A stretch of DNA of 32,000 nucleotides. It comes from Bacillota bacterium (GTDB lineage: Bacteria > Bacillota > DTU025 > MWDF01). Shown piece by piece: positions 1 to 7,480 of the stretch. A program made the translations under genes and the position numbers. The DNA is taken from the NCBI GenBank assembly GCA_017994615.1, contig JAGOKM010000006.1, positions 1-32,000 on the forward strand, in the 5' to 3' direction. The notes under the pieces were generated by a model. It made no database searches. It saw only the letters and a list, made by a program, of their open reading frames with translations, and had not been told where the DNA came from. How positions within the stretch are numbered: position 1 is the first letter of the stretch; each line of letters starts with the position of its first letter.

Positions 1-800
1 AGCCTGTCGGCGTTCTCCCCCTGGCAGATCAACAGGCCGGACTGTGCGAGCGACGCGGATATGGCCTCGTCGTCCACGTAGACGCGCACAGCGGTGCCGT
101 CCAGCGCCGGAAGCGGCTCGAGGGCTATCTCAAGAAGGTTCTTCAGGTCGAACTTGTTTGACTTGGTCGGCGCGACGACCTTGGATTCCCATGAAGTCCC
201 GGCCGGTATGGCGAGCCTTGAGCCGACGATGACGTCCTCGTCTACCGTAATCACCGCTATGTCCCCCGGCTTCGATTTCAGCGTGCTCAGCGGCGTATCT
301 ATGGTCACTACCAGCTTGGTGCCCTTGGCCAGCTTCTCGTAACCTATATCGACCCCGCCCTTGCCAGATGTGGCCTCAATGACCCTGGCTATCCTGACCG
401 GAAGGGCCTCCCTGCTTACATAGCCGAAAAGCGCCTTCTCCAACGCAGCCACCTTGTCCAGCAGGGAAGTGCCCCCCACCCTTCCGTCTACTATCCACTG
501 GGCGAACACCACCTTGTAGCCCAGCGACGCAACGCTGAGCTTGTCTCCGCCCAGCTCCGACCACAGCTTCTCCACCCGCTCCGCAAGGTTCCCCGCCCCT
601 GGCTTGGCCAGTACTATCTCTTCGAGCTTCGAGACGCGGGGCAGTATGGGCCCGTCCACGGGCCTGCCGAATAGCGTCTTCTCCATCTCGGACAGCATCT
701 CCGACTGGGAGATCGGAGGGGGGGCGGCAGTCGAAAGGGCCGCCGCGATCAGCAATATGGCTAGAATGGCGGCCGGGATAGTCGATATCTTCCTTTTCAT
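1..800 (-). CDS. Secreted protein of unknown function; its C-terminus lies beyond the window edge (at least 266 aa)
   Basis: Not in the ORF track because it runs off the window. ATG at 800-798 (minus) with GGAG upstream. My hand translation, MKRKISTIPAAILAILLIAAALSTAAPPPISQSEMLSEMEKTLFGRPVDG..., stays open down to nt 1 with no stop. It has a signal-peptide-like N-terminus, two copies of an LExxLFG...R[VI]xx[LI]E motif, and a beta-rich C-terminal part. It starts 21 nt after the stop of the preceding OMP gene on the same strand. Confidence 0.5.
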   Translation of the reverse strand, partial: MKRKISTIPAAILAILLIAAALSTAAPPPISQSEMLSEMEKTLFGRPVDGPILPRVSKLEEIVLAKPGAGNLAERVEKLWSELGGDKLSVASLGYKVVFAQWIVDGRVGGTSLLDKVAALEKALFGYVSREALPVRIARVIEATSGKGGVDIGYEKLAKGTKLVVTIDTPLSTLKSKPGDIAVITVDEDVIVGSRLAIPAGTSWESKVVAPTKSNKFDLKNLLEIALEPLPALDGTAVRVYVDDEAISASLAQSGLLICQGENADR

Positions 801-821
801 CTCTTCACGCTCCGGTTCGTA

Positions 822-2150
822 TCAGAACTTGATGCTGATCCCCAGCGCCGTAAGGTTCTTCTTCAGGTCTATCTTGTCGAAGTCGGAGAAGTCGATGAGC
901 CTGTATCCTACCATGATGGACGCGTTGTTGAATATCCTGTAGCCTAGGTCGATGCCGGCTAGCTGCTTTACGCCGACGTCGCTGTTCAATCTCAGCGAGC
1001 CGCGGAATAACCAGCTTAAAGGCGAGCTGTCGTCATAAAGCCATGATTTCGTCGAAAGGGCGTCCGAGGCGATTATGTTCCTGACCTGCTCCACCTGGTA
1101 TCCAGCCTGCATGAAGGCCGATTCGCCGAGCAAAAGCTTGTAGAAGATGCCGAGGGACGCCGACGATTGCAGCTCAAGGCCCTTGTCCGCCGCCGTCTTC
1201 AGGTCGCCGCTTTCTATGTTGTAGCCCGCCTGTATTGTAAGGGAGTCCGTAACGCTCCTCAACGGCACTATGCTGTCGATCCTGTACTTGATCCCGACGC
1301 CCGTCTTGGCTGTCAGGTCGGTTATGGCCGAGTCCTCGCCGTGGCTTCCCGTCATCCTATAGTCGAGTGTAAGCCCGCCTCCCTGGCTGTTCCCGAGGAG
1401 CAGCCCTACGCCGGCGCTTGACTTGTTCTGCTCCCGCTTTTCGTCGGCGAACAGGGAGGCGCTGACGTTCAACACCTCGAACAGGCTGACCTGCTTGGAC
1501 TTCTCGGGGTTTATCGTGTCCAGCTGGAGCGGCTGCATCTTCGGCACTATCGAACCCGGCAGCAGCTCCTTGTCAGGCATTGTGAGGGACGCCTGAGACA
1601 CCGCAGACGGCATGTTGATCTTTTCGAGGACTTCAGTTAGCGATAGGACGGACGTGCCGGTCTGGACCGGCACGTTGGCGCCGCCTGATGGCATAAGGTA
1701 TGAGTAATCGATGCCGGAAGGCGCTTCGGCCGATTGTCTCTTCCCGACAACACCCCTTGCCATGAGCTGGACCGAGAATTCCTTTACGAGGTCGTTCAGG
1801 AGCCACGCGTCCCTGGATGTTATCTTCTGCGCCGTGGTCCCCATTATGGCGATGTCGATGGCAGCAACGTTTGTAAGGTCCAAATCGGTCAACCCGAGCT
1901 TCAGCAGCGCCCTTTCAATGGAAGCGGCGGCGAAGTCCTTGTTGATGGGTATCTTGGTGAGGTAATAGGGAGAGTCCTTGATGTCCAGGACGTTGTTCTT
2001 GGCCAGCTCCGCCAGCGCCCTGTACCTCCAGTCGTCGGATTTCAGGATCTCCGGTTCCGAGGCAAGGCCGGGCAAGGCGAAAAGGAGCACCAGCAAGGAG
2101 CACATGAGGGCTGTATTCAAGCTGTAGGCCCTTTTCAAGCTGCGCTTCAT
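822..2150 (-). CDS. Putative outer-membrane beta-barrel protein with a periplasmic N-terminal region (degenerate SLH-like segment)
   Basis: 442 aa. Signal peptide ...LLVLLFALPGLASEPE. The C-terminal ~200 aa show alternating hydrophobic beta-strand patterns and end in ...ALGISIKF, a terminal Phe typical of BAM substrates. The N-terminal segment SDDWRYRALAELAKNNVL...FAAASIERALLKL loosely resembles an SLH repeat; that resemblance is weak. Confidence 0.55.
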   Translation of the reverse strand: MKRSLKRAYSLNTALMCSLLVLLFALPGLASEPEILKSDDWRYRALAELAKNNVLDIKDSPYYLTKIPINKDFAAASIERALLKLGLTDLDLTNVAAIDIAIMGTTAQKITSRDAWLLNDLVKEFSVQLMARGVVGKRQSAEAPSGIDYSYLMPSGGANVPVQTGTSVLSLTEVLEKINMPSAVSQASLTMPDKELLPGSIVPKMQPLQLDTINPEKSKQVSLFEVLNVSASLFADEKREQNKSSAGVGLLLGNSQGGGLTLDYRMTGSHGEDSAITDLTAKTGVGIKYRIDSIVPLRSVTDSLTIQAGYNIESGDLKTAADKGLELQSSASLGIFYKLLLGESAFMQAGYQVEQVRNIIASDALSTKSWLYDDSSPLSWLFRGSLRLNSDVGVKQLAGIDLGYRIFNNASIMVGYRLIDFSDFDKIDLKKNLTALGISIKF

Positions 2151-2200
2151 CCCTTTCTACCCGTATCAGTATTTATTCTCCGGCCGTCAGCCATTTCCTT

Positions 2201-2617
2201 TTATGCAGTTTTGCCCTTTATGCTTAGATACCTTCTGGCTATCACCTCGGCCACATAATCGTCCCAAGGCCTGTCCGGTGTCCTCAGCCCTATCGGTATC
2301 AGACGGGCCCACCACGGCTTCCTGTTGTCCAGGAGGAAGAGCCGCCTGCCTTCCACTGTGGAGTTCCTCTCGTCCACGCGCACTATCCTGAAGCCGTCCC
2401 TGGCGCCCATGGCGGATATTATCTCGGCTTCCACTTCCCTGGTCTTGGTCCCGTCTCCCAAGGCGATCTCCACAGTCCTTCCAGCAGAAAGGGCTGCAAT
2501 TTCCTCTGCTGCCGAGCTTCTCGGGACGATGCAACGCTTAACAAGCCTCCCGCCCTCCTCCAGAAGGGCGAGGCCCACCTTGCTAAGACCGGGATCTACT
2601 CCTATAACGAAATCCAA
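2201..2617 (-). CDS. RNase H-fold, YqgF/RuvX-like (Holliday-junction-resolvase-like) protein, divergent
   Basis: 138 aa. TTG start with GGAGG 8 nt upstream. The motif order IGVDPG...LGDGT...VDERNST...DDYVAEVIARRYL parallels the RuvX pattern (DxG ... GLP ... DERLTT ... D..AA.IL..YL). There is no signal peptide. Confidence 0.45.
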   Translation of the reverse strand: MDFVIGVDPGLSKVGLALLEEGGRLVKRCIVPRSSAAEEIAALSAGRTVEIALGDGTKTREVEAEIISAMGARDGFRIVRVDERNSTVEGRRLFLLDNRKPWWARLIPIGLRTPDRPWDDYVAEVIARRYLSIKGKTA

Positions 2618-2640
2618 TCAATCATCCTCCGAGAAACCTT

Positions 2641-2651
2641 ATTATATTATA
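2641..2651 (-). promoter_or_regulatory. Candidate -10 element (two overlapping TATAAT hexamers) for the RuvX-like/OMP/secreted-protein operon
   Basis: The minus strand reads GGGTATAATATAAT, about 25-30 nt upstream of the TTG start and immediately downstream of the strong terminator of the preceding gene. The -35 region is poor (T-rich). Confidence 0.3.
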
Positions 2652-2663
2652 CCCTGCAGGATG

Positions 2664-2706
2664 CCGATAAAAAAGAAAGCCCGGGGGCATCTGCATGCCC
2701 CCGGGC
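2664..2706 (-). terminator. Rho-independent terminator downstream of the SLH/coiled-coil/barrel gene
   Basis: Perfect 12-bp GC-rich stem: gcccgggggcat (2679-2690) pairs with atgcccccgggc (2695-2706), with a 4-nt loop. On the minus strand it is followed by TTTCTTTTTTAT. It starts 17 nt after the TAA stop at 2723-2725. Confidence 0.85.
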
Positions 2707-2722
2707 TTGTCCGCGTTTAAGG

Positions 2723-5700
2723 TTAGAACTTGGTGCTCAGCTTTACGCCCAGTGTATTGACCAGGCTGTCCGGGTAGACAGCGTTGGTGTACTTCGCGTA
2801 CCTGGTCGTGAAGTCCGCTACCAGGCTGGTGTTGTTGAATATCTTCTGGTTGTATCCCACACCTGCGCTAAGTACGAATCCGTCAGGCTTGGTTCCGTCC
2901 ACGTAGTTCCTGTACTCGACTCCGCCCATCGCATAGAGGCTGGCCTTCTCGGTTATGTTGTAGGTCAGCTTCATGTCGGCGAACACCTTGAGCATCTCGA
3001 TGCTCTTGAAGTACGCGCCGAGGTTGGCGGCCAGGTTCCACTTCAGGAAGAAGCTGGTGTTAAGATGCAGGTCTCCGTATATCATCTGGTAAGGAGCTAT
3101 GCTGCCGAGCCTCTCGCTCGTGAACGTATCTCCGAACCTGCCCTCCCAACCGGCGTTGGCCCAGAGTACATCCTGGATGAGCTGCAGCTTCTCGAGCTTC
3201 AGGAATGCCAGGTAGGTGTTCCTGAGTGCCATTCCGGGCGCCTTTTCCGTCTCTCCGTAGTAGCTGAAGCCTGCGTCGAAGATATAGAGCTTCAGCTTAA
3301 GGTCGGCTCCTGCGTAGCAGAACGCGTCAGCCACGGAAGCGGGAGCCTGCCATGTGCCACCGATGATGGTGTCGGCTTGCCTGCCGCCGTAAAGCTTCAG
3401 CGAGCCCTTGGTCAGGCCTGCCACTTCGAAGGAGTACTTGGCATAGATCTCGTTGGTATGGGTCATGTTGGCCCATGCCGCATCGCCGTAGAAGCCGGTC
3501 AGAAGGCCGAACTCCAGGTTCGGAAGCACTTGGAACTTGTTGTAGATATCTACGTTCATGACGTCGCTGGATATGATGTCAGGATCCGTGCCGTCGGCGA
3601 ATTCGGCGAACTGAGGGGCGTAGCCGGCGCTTACGCGCTCGAACGACATGCCGGTGCTCCAGATGCCTACCTTGCCGTCCAGGTATGCCGTTATGGCCTG
3701 CTCAGGCATCGGGGCCGCCTGGAATACGAGGTTTGCGAACCCGCCCGCGCTCCAGTTCTCGTTCAGCGTCAGGTCGAGGTTAACTCCGATGTTCTTCTCC
3801 TTGGTGGACACCGTCGTGTCTCCGGAGAAGAGCCTGTCGTCTACCGCCAGGTAATGCAGGGTGAGGTCAACTATTTCGGCGTAGTTGGCATTGCCCGCGA
3901 GTCCCCAAACGTAATTGAAGTCGGTAGTCGAGCCGAGCTTCGCAAGTATGGCCGATGCGCCGAGGGTCATGTCCTCGACCAGCGTCGGGGTGTACTTCAT
4001 CCATCCGCTGAGGCCCTCATAGCCGGCTGCGGTGAACTTCTTGTCCGACATTACGTACTTGCTGATGTACTTGGGCCTCGACTGCTCCCCGCCGAGGATC
4101 TGGCCGGAGCCGTTGGGTCCGGTCACCTTGACGTCGAGGTCGCCGTTGAATACGTATGCCGCTACGTCCGCAATCCCGTAGGTGTCTACGCCGCCCGTCA
4201 GGCCGACGTTGATCTCCACTCCGGGCTCGGGCTTGATTGTGCCGTTGAGGGTGAGCGACGCTTTGTAGAGGTTGCTGGGATCGATCGTTCCCTTGGCGCT
4301 GTTGTACGGATCCTTGTAGGCAGGTCCGAACTTGACCTCCGTATCCTTGAACTCAACCGCGAATGTGCCTGAGAGCAGGAACTTGTTGACCCATAGGCTG
4401 GCCAGCTTGTCTGTCAGGCCCATGAGCCCGCTCTTGAGGCTCAGCACGTCAGCAGCGCTGGTCCCGGCCGCGCCTTCGAGGCTTGCGACCTTTGCGCTGA
4501 GGGCGTCTGCGCTGATTTTGTTGCTGGCTTCGAGAGCTGCAATCCTCTCATTGAGGGCCGCATCCGCCGCTGCCAGGTTCTTCAGCAGGTTCGTGTCATG
4601 GTTCTGCTGGATGTACAGGTCGTTGATGTCGTTCGCGTTCTGGGTTATCTGGTCCTGAAGAGGTCCGAGCAACCCAAGGTTGGCTGCCTGCTGCTCGAGG
4701 AGCCCTATTCTCATTAGAGCGTTGTCGACCTTGCCGCTTTCAAGCGAGGCCAGGTCAAGGTTGAGGAGGGCTATCTTCTCGTCCAGGAGCGCCATCTTGG
4801 CGTTTGCAGCTTCGCAGCACTCGTACAGGTAGTTGACCTGGTCGTAGAGCGCCTTGAGCTTCGTGATGTCATCCTGGGCCTCCAGAAGGTCGAGCCTTAG
4901 AAGGGCGATTTCTTCCTTGGTCACATCGGTGCCGGGCACTACGACCGGTGCCGGTGTAGAAGATGCCGTCGCTGCGGGCGCTGGCAGAGCCTTGATGGTG
5001 GCCTCAATGGCTGCGAACTTGGCTGCCATCTCTGCCTTGAGGGCGTTGATGTCGTCCGCGTTCTTATAGTTGAGGCTGTAGAGGTCCACGATGTCGGCGG
5101 TGTTCTGGCCGACCTGCTTCTTCATGGCGTCCAGATCGGCGGTGTTCTGGCCGACCTGCCAGTCCAAGGTGCCCAACTTGGCGTCGGTCTCGCTGGCCTT
5201 GAGCTCCAGCACGCCGACCCTGTTGTCTACTGTGTTGACCTTTGATTCGACAGCGTTCAGCTTGGAGGCCAGCGCGTCGTTGTTCATGGAACCGAGCTGC
5301 AGCTTGAGCGCTGCGATGTCGGCCTCGTTCTTGGCAACCCTGGCTTCCAGCTTCTTGAACTGCTCGTCAAGGGCGTCTACGCGGACGCCGAGTATAGAAA
5401 GCTCGCGGGAGAACTCGGTCCTGAGGTCCTGGATCATGGCATAGAGCTCGGCTATCCTTGCGTCTATGTCCTCGAGCTTCGGTCCTACTTGGGCCTCTAT
5501 CTTCTCCTTGATGATCTGCTCGAGGATGGTCTGGTCAGGTTCGACCTTGACCACCGTGGTCACCGGCGCAGGTGTCGGTACGGGCGTCGTCGTAACGGTG
5601 ACGGGTGTGGCCGCTGCCACATGGGCCACGATGCGCTCGTCCAGCCATTTCAGCAGCCTGGCTATTACGACTGCCAATTCGTACCTGGTGGTGGCTTGCG

Positions 5701-5875
5701 GGCCTTTGAAGGTTCCGTCAGGGTACCCTTCGAAGATTCCCAGTGCGGTCAGCTCCTTAATCGATTCGGTCGCCCAGTGGTAGTCCGGGACGTCCGGATA
5801 AGGGCTCGCCATCGCCGGCATCGCTACCGCCATGGCAAGCAGAACCGCAATTAGCATGGCTACGGTTCTCTTCAT
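2723..5875 (-). CDS. SLH domain / long coiled coil / large beta-barrel outer-membrane protein (OmpM/SlpA-type OM-to-cell-wall tether)
   Basis: 1050 aa. Signal peptide ...AMPAMA/SPYPD. Canonical SLH repeat PDVPDYHWATESIKELTALGIFEGYPDGTFKGPQATTRYELAVVIARLL. Pro/Thr/Val linkers. About 380 aa of heptad-like helical sequence (res ~115-495). About 550 aa of beta-strand pattern ending ...LGVKLSTKF. GGGGGT ribosome-binding site upstream of the ATG at 5875. Confidence 0.85.
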   Translation of the reverse strand: MKRTVAMLIAVLLAMAVAMPAMASPYPDVPDYHWATESIKELTALGIFEGYPDGTFKGPQATTRYELAVVIARLLKWLDERIVAHVAAATPVTVTTTPVPTPAPVTTVVKVEPDQTILEQIIKEKIEAQVGPKLEDIDARIAELYAMIQDLRTEFSRELSILGVRVDALDEQFKKLEARVAKNEADIAALKLQLGSMNNDALASKLNAVESKVNTVDNRVGVLELKASETDAKLGTLDWQVGQNTADLDAMKKQVGQNTADIVDLYSLNYKNADDINALKAEMAAKFAAIEATIKALPAPAATASSTPAPVVVPGTDVTKEEIALLRLDLLEAQDDITKLKALYDQVNYLYECCEAANAKMALLDEKIALLNLDLASLESGKVDNALMRIGLLEQQAANLGLLGPLQDQITQNANDINDLYIQQNHDTNLLKNLAAADAALNERIAALEASNKISADALSAKVASLEGAAGTSAADVLSLKSGLMGLTDKLASLWVNKFLLSGTFAVEFKDTEVKFGPAYKDPYNSAKGTIDPSNLYKASLTLNGTIKPEPGVEINVGLTGGVDTYGIADVAAYVFNGDLDVKVTGPNGSGQILGGEQSRPKYISKYVMSDKKFTAAGYEGLSGWMKYTPTLVEDMTLGASAILAKLGSTTDFNYVWGLAGNANYAEIVDLTLHYLAVDDRLFSGDTTVSTKEKNIGVNLDLTLNENWSAGGFANLVFQAAPMPEQAITAYLDGKVGIWSTGMSFERVSAGYAPQFAEFADGTDPDIISSDVMNVDIYNKFQVLPNLEFGLLTGFYGDAAWANMTHTNEIYAKYSFEVAGLTKGSLKLYGGRQADTIIGGTWQAPASVADAFCYAGADLKLKLYIFDAGFSYYGETEKAPGMALRNTYLAFLKLEKLQLIQDVLWANAGWEGRFGDTFTSERLGSIAPYQMIYGDLHLNTSFFLKWNLAANLGAYFKSIEMLKVFADMKLTYNITEKASLYAMGGVEYRNYVDGTKPDGFVLSAGVGYNQKIFNNTSLVADFTTRYAKYTNAVYPDSLVNTLGVKLSTKF

Positions 5876-6072
5876 GTGTTCTTACCCCCCTTGGCTTTGT
5901 TGATAATTCTCAACCTAAAACCCTCAAGCCCGTGAAGTGGCCTAGTTTCCTTCACAAACATCGGGTTTTACGCCCCTACGCACCGTTTTTGCGATGTATG
6001 TGCATAAGGGCTCGGTTACCTTGCTGGTTCTTCCTTTATAACTTCGATAATAAGTGCGGTAATCCTTCTTCA

Positions 6073-6102
6073 TTTATACATCTTATTGCGGTTATTTAGC
6101 AA
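6073..6102 (-). promoter_or_regulatory. Candidate sigma70-type promoter for the SLH-barrel gene (TTGCTA-N18-TATAAA)
   Basis: On the minus strand: -35 TTGCTA (6102-6097), an 18-nt spacer, then -10 TATAAA (6078-6073). It lies inside the 250-bp AT-richer intergenic region 5876-6125 and would give a leader of about 190 nt. This is a pattern match only. Confidence 0.25.
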
Positions 6103-6125
6103 GATTGCCGACAATTTCCCCGATA

Positions 6126-7469
6126 TTACGGCACCACCACAAGGGACATGCTGGGCTGCCCTTCGCTCCTTCGGATGTCCGTATCGGCGATTACCTGCAC
6201 GTTGACCTTCCTGCCGGTCTGGAGCACGTCGATTATGGCCTCTGTGAACTGCAGCGCCTTAATGAAGGTGCCGATCCTTCCTTCTTCGTCGCTGACCATG
6301 CCCTTGGCAAGGCCGATTGTGTTGACGTCCTCGATGAGCCTGAGTATCTCATACTGCACCTTGTCCGGGGAAAGCGCTCCGTCGACGACCCTCGAAGAGA
6401 CCACCTGGCCCTTGAAGAAGACTATCTCGTCCTCGAAGGTATGCAGAGAGATCCACAAGGGTTCTCCCGGCCAGCTGTTAACCGGCGACACAGCCCTCAT
6501 GATAACCAGCTTGCCCTGGGAAGAATACAGCTTCTGGAATGCCGCCAGCACGTTGTCCTCGTCGAAGTTCAAAGCCGATCCGTCCTGCCTGCCGGCGACC
6601 TCGCCCGCCCCTTTGGCCTTCGCTATTTCGTTCACCTTGATCAGGAAGTCGTTTATCTGCTGGTGTATGCCTCCTACCGGCTGAGAGCAGTCTATCACCG
6701 AGCCCAGGATTATCTGGTCGGCGTAGAATATCACCTGCGTCGTCATCGACGCCTCCTTGCTCTCTATCAGCAGCATGCTGGTCTGTATCAGGTTATCAAG
6801 CCGCTTTTCGAGGGAGGCGACCTCTTCTGTCAGCGCGTTCCTCGTCCCCTGGAGCTCAGAAATGTTGCGCTCGAGGTCCTTCCTCTCCTCTGAGAGGGTG
6901 GTTATCTCGCCCTGCTGCTCTTTGAGCAGTATGCCGGATTTCTGCACTTCCCTGCTCGCGTCGGTTAGCTCTCTTTCCGTTTCGGAAAGCTTCCTCTGGA
7001 TGTCCTGGAGGCCTTTCTTGAGCTCGTCGAGCTGCCTTGCGGTCACTGTCTTCTCGGAGTTCACCTTGCTGAGTTCCGCCGAAATCGCGCTGTAGTCGGA
7101 TTTCAGCTCTTCGTATTGCCCTCCGATGGTCGCCACCCTTGCGGTTAGCTCGTCTGCCTCGCGCATCTTGGCTGTCAGCTCGGACTTCGTGGCCTCGAGG
7201 GCCTCCCCGGTCTGTTTCAGGTCCTGTCTCAGCTGCTCTATCCTGAAGAGCGCTATGCGCACGTTCTCGGAGATGAGCGACAGGGCGCCGACAGTCAGTG
7301 CGACGACCAGCACCCCGGTTATGAAGGTAATCACTATGGAAGTGTACTTGGGCCTCAGTCCGAAAAGCGTTATCTTCTTCCTGCCGATGCGCATGCCGAT
7401 GCGGTCGCCCACTATGGCGAGCACTCCACCTAATATCCCCAGGAACACTATCAGCAACGCACCGTTCAA
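6126..7469 (-). CDS. DUF3084-like membrane protein: two N-terminal TM helices, ~165-aa coiled coil, C-terminal globular domain
   Basis: 447 aa. The N-terminus LIVFLGILGGVLAIVGDRIGMRIGRKKITLFGLRPKYTSIVITFITG matches my memory of the DUF3084 signature (GDxxGxKxGxKxxxLFxLRPxxT). Residues ~70-240 are heptad-rich and charged. TTG start with GGAGG 6 nt upstream. It starts 11 nt after the lptB stop. Confidence 0.55.
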   Translation of the reverse strand: MNGALLIVFLGILGGVLAIVGDRIGMRIGRKKITLFGLRPKYTSIVITFITGVLVVALTVGALSLISENVRIALFRIEQLRQDLKQTGEALEATKSELTAKMREADELTARVATIGGQYEELKSDYSAISAELSKVNSEKTVTARQLDELKKGLQDIQRKLSETERELTDASREVQKSGILLKEQQGEITTLSEERKDLERNISELQGTRNALTEEVASLEKRLDNLIQTSMLLIESKEASMTTQVIFYADQIILGSVIDCSQPVGGIHQQINDFLIKVNEIAKAKGAGEVAGRQDGSALNFDEDNVLAAFQKLYSSQGKLVIMRAVSPVNSWPGEPLWISLHTFEDEIVFFKGQVVSSRVVDGALSPDKVQYEILRLIEDVNTIGLAKGMVSDEEGRIGTFIKALQFTEAIIDVLQTGRKVNVQVIADTDIRRSEGQPSMSLVVVP

Positions 7470-7480
7470 ATGTGCCTCCG

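Noticed and set aside
3065-4372. 435-aa plus-strand ORF, with other plus-strand ORFs at 3648-3854 and 4332-4658
   Set aside because: These lie antisense to the SLH/coiled-coil/barrel gene. Their translations are low-complexity (R/A/G/V/L-rich) with no recognisable motif. The minus frame carries a canonical SLH repeat, heptad repeats and a barrel ending in Phe. This is a typical shadow ORF in GC-rich DNA.
5942-6073. 43-codon small ORF (MKKDYRTYYRSYKGRTSKVTEPLCTYIAKTVRRGVKPDVCEGN) in the tether-gene leader
   Set aside because: It has no Shine-Dalgarno sequence. Its ATG overlaps the candidate -10 box, so it would lie upstream of the predicted transcription start. Its composition looks like non-coding AT-rich sequence. 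It cannot be excluded without ribosome profiling.
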